DNA of 62,246 bases from Deltaproteobacteria bacterium (lineage in GTDB: Bacteria; Desulfobacterota; Desulfobacteria; Desulfobacterales; JAABPS01): NCBI GenBank assembly GCA_019309685.1, contig JAFDFT010000001.1, positions 1-62,246 of the forward strand. Reading direction: 5' to 3'. A program made the position numbers and the translations under genes. Within the stretch, counting starts at the first letter, position 1. Each line of letters opens with the position of its first letter. Of this stretch, positions 60,413-62,246 are shown piece after piece. The notes under the pieces are model-generated. The model did not search any database. It had not been told where the DNA came from and saw nothing but the letters and a program-made list of their open reading frames with translations.

Positions 60413-61240
60413 ATCAAAATACCAATTAAAATATTATCGCTTGGCGCCGGTGTTCAATCCTCAACAATTTTTTTAATGTCCTGCTATGGAGAGCTTGAAA
60501 GGATAGACGCGGCCATATTTGCCGATACTCAGTGGGAAACTAAAGCTACTTACAGGTGGCTTAAATTCTTAAAGAATGAATCTAAAAAATATGGAATTCC
60601 AATTCATACCGTTAAGCAGGGAAATATTAAAGAAGACGCGCTTATTTCACAAGTGCGTGGATTAAAAAAAGATGGTGTGCGGTGGGCGTCAATGCCGTTG
60701 TTTACCCTTGGACCGAACGGGGAAAAAGGTATGATCCGCAGACAATGTACTTATGAATATAAGATAAGGTGGATAAAGAAAAAACAAAGGCTAATCGCTG
60801 GCTACAAGCCAAGAAAAAGAATTCCGCCCGGAACCGTTGAGGTGTGGATGGGAATATCAACTGACGAGGCTAACCGGACGAAAATCTCTAATGATAAATG
60901 GATAGATTTTTACTATCCGCTGATCGACCTTAGAATGACACGGCTCGACTGTTTGAATTGGTTTAAAAAAAAGAACCTTCCAGAACCGCCACGATCCGCA
61001 TGTATAGGTTGTCCTTACCATCACGATTTTGAGTGGCGAAAACTAAAGAATGAATCACCGGAAGAATGGCAAGATGCCGTTGAATTCGACAAAGCTATCA
61101 GGAAATGCGGCGGTATGCGTGGGGATATGTTTATACACCCTGCCCGGATACCGCTGGATGAAGTTGACCTTAGAAACGCAAAAGATCATGGCCAATTATC
61201 GTTATTTTCTGATGAATGTGCGGGAATATGCGGCGTATAG
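60413..61240 (+). CDS. PAPS-reductase / DndC-like PP-loop protein 2 (start unresolved; the first ATG at 60476 would delete the PP-loop)
   Basis: The frame is open from 60401 and encodes IKIPIKILSLGAGVQSS upstream of the first ATG. Cys pairs SACIGCPY and ECAGICGV. Confidence 0.7.
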   Translation: MKIPIKILSLGAGVQSSTIFLMSCYGELERIDAAIFADTQWETKATYRWLKFLKNESKKYGIPIHTVKQGNIKEDALISQVRGLKKDGVRWASMPLFTLGPNGEKGMIRRQCTYEYKIRWIKKKQRLIAGYKPRKRIPPGTVEVWMGISTDEANRTKISNDKWIDFYYPLIDLRMTRLDCLNWFKKKNLPEPPRSACIGCPYHHDFEWRKLKNESPEEWQDAVEFDKAIRKCGGMRGDMFIHPARIPLDEVDLRNAKDHGQLSLFSDECAGICGV

Positions 61241-61256
61241 CAAAAGGAGAATAATC

Positions 61257-62246
61257 ATGATGCTTAACGAACACCAACGAAAAGTAATTGAAGCAACCGA
61301 AGAAAATATACTCTGTATCGCTCCCCCAGGATCAGGGAAAACCCGCGTACTTGTTGAAAGAGCAGCACACCTAATCGAAAACAAGAAAGTATCACCATTT
61401 GAGTTGCTTTTATTGACATTCACAAGGAAAGCAGCAGGAGAAATGCGGGAAAGGCTTGTTGAAAGAATAGGTAACAATGCTCATAACATCACAATAGGCA
61501 CATTTCATGCCGTGGCTCTGGGTCTGATTCAAAGATTCGGGGAGTTTATAGGATTGCGCCCCGGACGGATTACGGTCTATGGCGATTGGGAGACAAACTA
61601 TCTATTAAAAGAAATTGCTATTGAAATGGGAGTTTATAAGAAAGCCTGGAAACCCAAGAAAAAGGATGTCGATAAGGCGTTTAATGATTATTATAACAGC
61701 GGGATCGCTCCGGAAAAAGAAGATCCAGCCTATAAGATATTCAAAGTCTTTGCCGCAAAGTCTTTGCCGCAAGACTCCGCGAAAACAACTCCCTGACCTA
61801 TGGGAGCATCCTCACAGGGTTGCATCTTCTATTGCCCCATATCAAGCAGTACCTAAAATATAAACATGTAATGACGGACGAATCACAGGACTCTGATAGC
61901 CTGCAGTGGTATCTTGTAAGGAAAATTCAGAGAATATGCAAAGCTACCCTTTTTTGTGTAGCGGATCCGGATCAATCTATTTATGGGTGGCGCGGGGCCG
62001 ATACGGAATACTTGATCAGAAATCAAGCCGAATTTACAACGTATGAGCTTGAAATCAATTACCGGTCTGAAGGGGATATCGTCGAGGCCGCAAACAGCCT
62101 TATTTCTCACAATAAAAACCGTATCGAAAAAACTATGGTTGCCGACAAGGACGCTAATAGTCCAATAGAAATTAAAAACAACTTAGACAGCGCCGGAATT
62201 GCCAAGATGTGTGCATTTTTAGAGAAAGAATCTCCGGGCGTTAAAA
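61257..62246 (+). pseudogene. UvrD/PcrA-type helicase, N-terminal and central segments, frame broken by a 14-bp tandem duplication (continues at base 2)
   Basis: AAAAGGAGA SD. CIAPPGSGKTRVLVER (motif I) and LLLTFTRKAAGEMRERL. The frame stops at 61796. From 61772 another frame reads RLRENNSLTYG...HVMTDESQDSD (motif II)...DPDQSIYGWRGA...NYRS to the window end. Confidence 0.85.
61743..61770. repeat. perfect 14-bp tandem duplication (aaagtctttgccgc x2)
   Basis: Read directly. 14 is not a multiple of 3, and removing one copy joins the two helicase frames (YKIFKVFAARLRENN). Confidence 0.95.

Overview
The window reads as one complete, circularly permuted tailed dsDNA phage genome of about 62.2 kb, with no host flanks. 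A UvrD-type helicase gene starts at 61257, runs off the 3' end and resumes at base 2.

Layout: two divergent arms leave a control region at about 54.18-54.37 kb, with an Xre-type HTH gene leftward and a consensus sigma70-like promoter rightward.
- Minus arm (54175 down to 2480, about 51.7 kb). It is almost gap-free, with many ATGA/TAATG stop-start overlaps. In order it carries a replisome-organizer gene, several nucleases, a lysis cassette (amidase, caspase-like protease, lipoprotein, holin-like), TerS, TerL, portal, scaffold, an N4-gp56-type major capsid protein and a long virion/tail block. It ends in a 3643-aa polyvalent protein (HExxH, zeta-like P-loop, N6-MTase, SNF2 helicase, hydrophobic C-terminus).
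- Plus arm (54374 through the window junction to 2472). It carries small early genes, an ORF-free GC-rich self-complementary segment, and an SMC/Rad50-like ATPase split in two by a PAPS-reductase-like gene. It also has a second PAPS-reductase-like gene, a NinB-like gene, the helicase, a Gp37/Gp68 (DUF5131) gene and small membrane/lipoproteins.
- Not seen: tRNA, rRNA, CRISPR array, integrase, DNA polymerase or RNA polymerase.

Most unusual observations:
1. An intact HNH endonuclease gene lies antisense and codon-aligned inside a 1107-aa virion ORF that stays open across it.
2. A Dnd/Ssp-like gene set: two 4-Cys PP-loop enzymes plus an SMC-like ATPase split at its CxxC hook.
3. A metacaspase-like protease is translationally coupled to the endolysin.
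4. Virion-protein paralogs carry export signals: a Tat signal fused to a copy of the capsid N-arm, and three consecutive Sec-signal proteins.
5. A structured RNA candidate of about 300 nt sits in the early operon.
6. Two perfect tandem duplications (43 bp and 14 bp) each frameshift a replication gene.

All functional calls rest on motif reading by eye. No database search was run.
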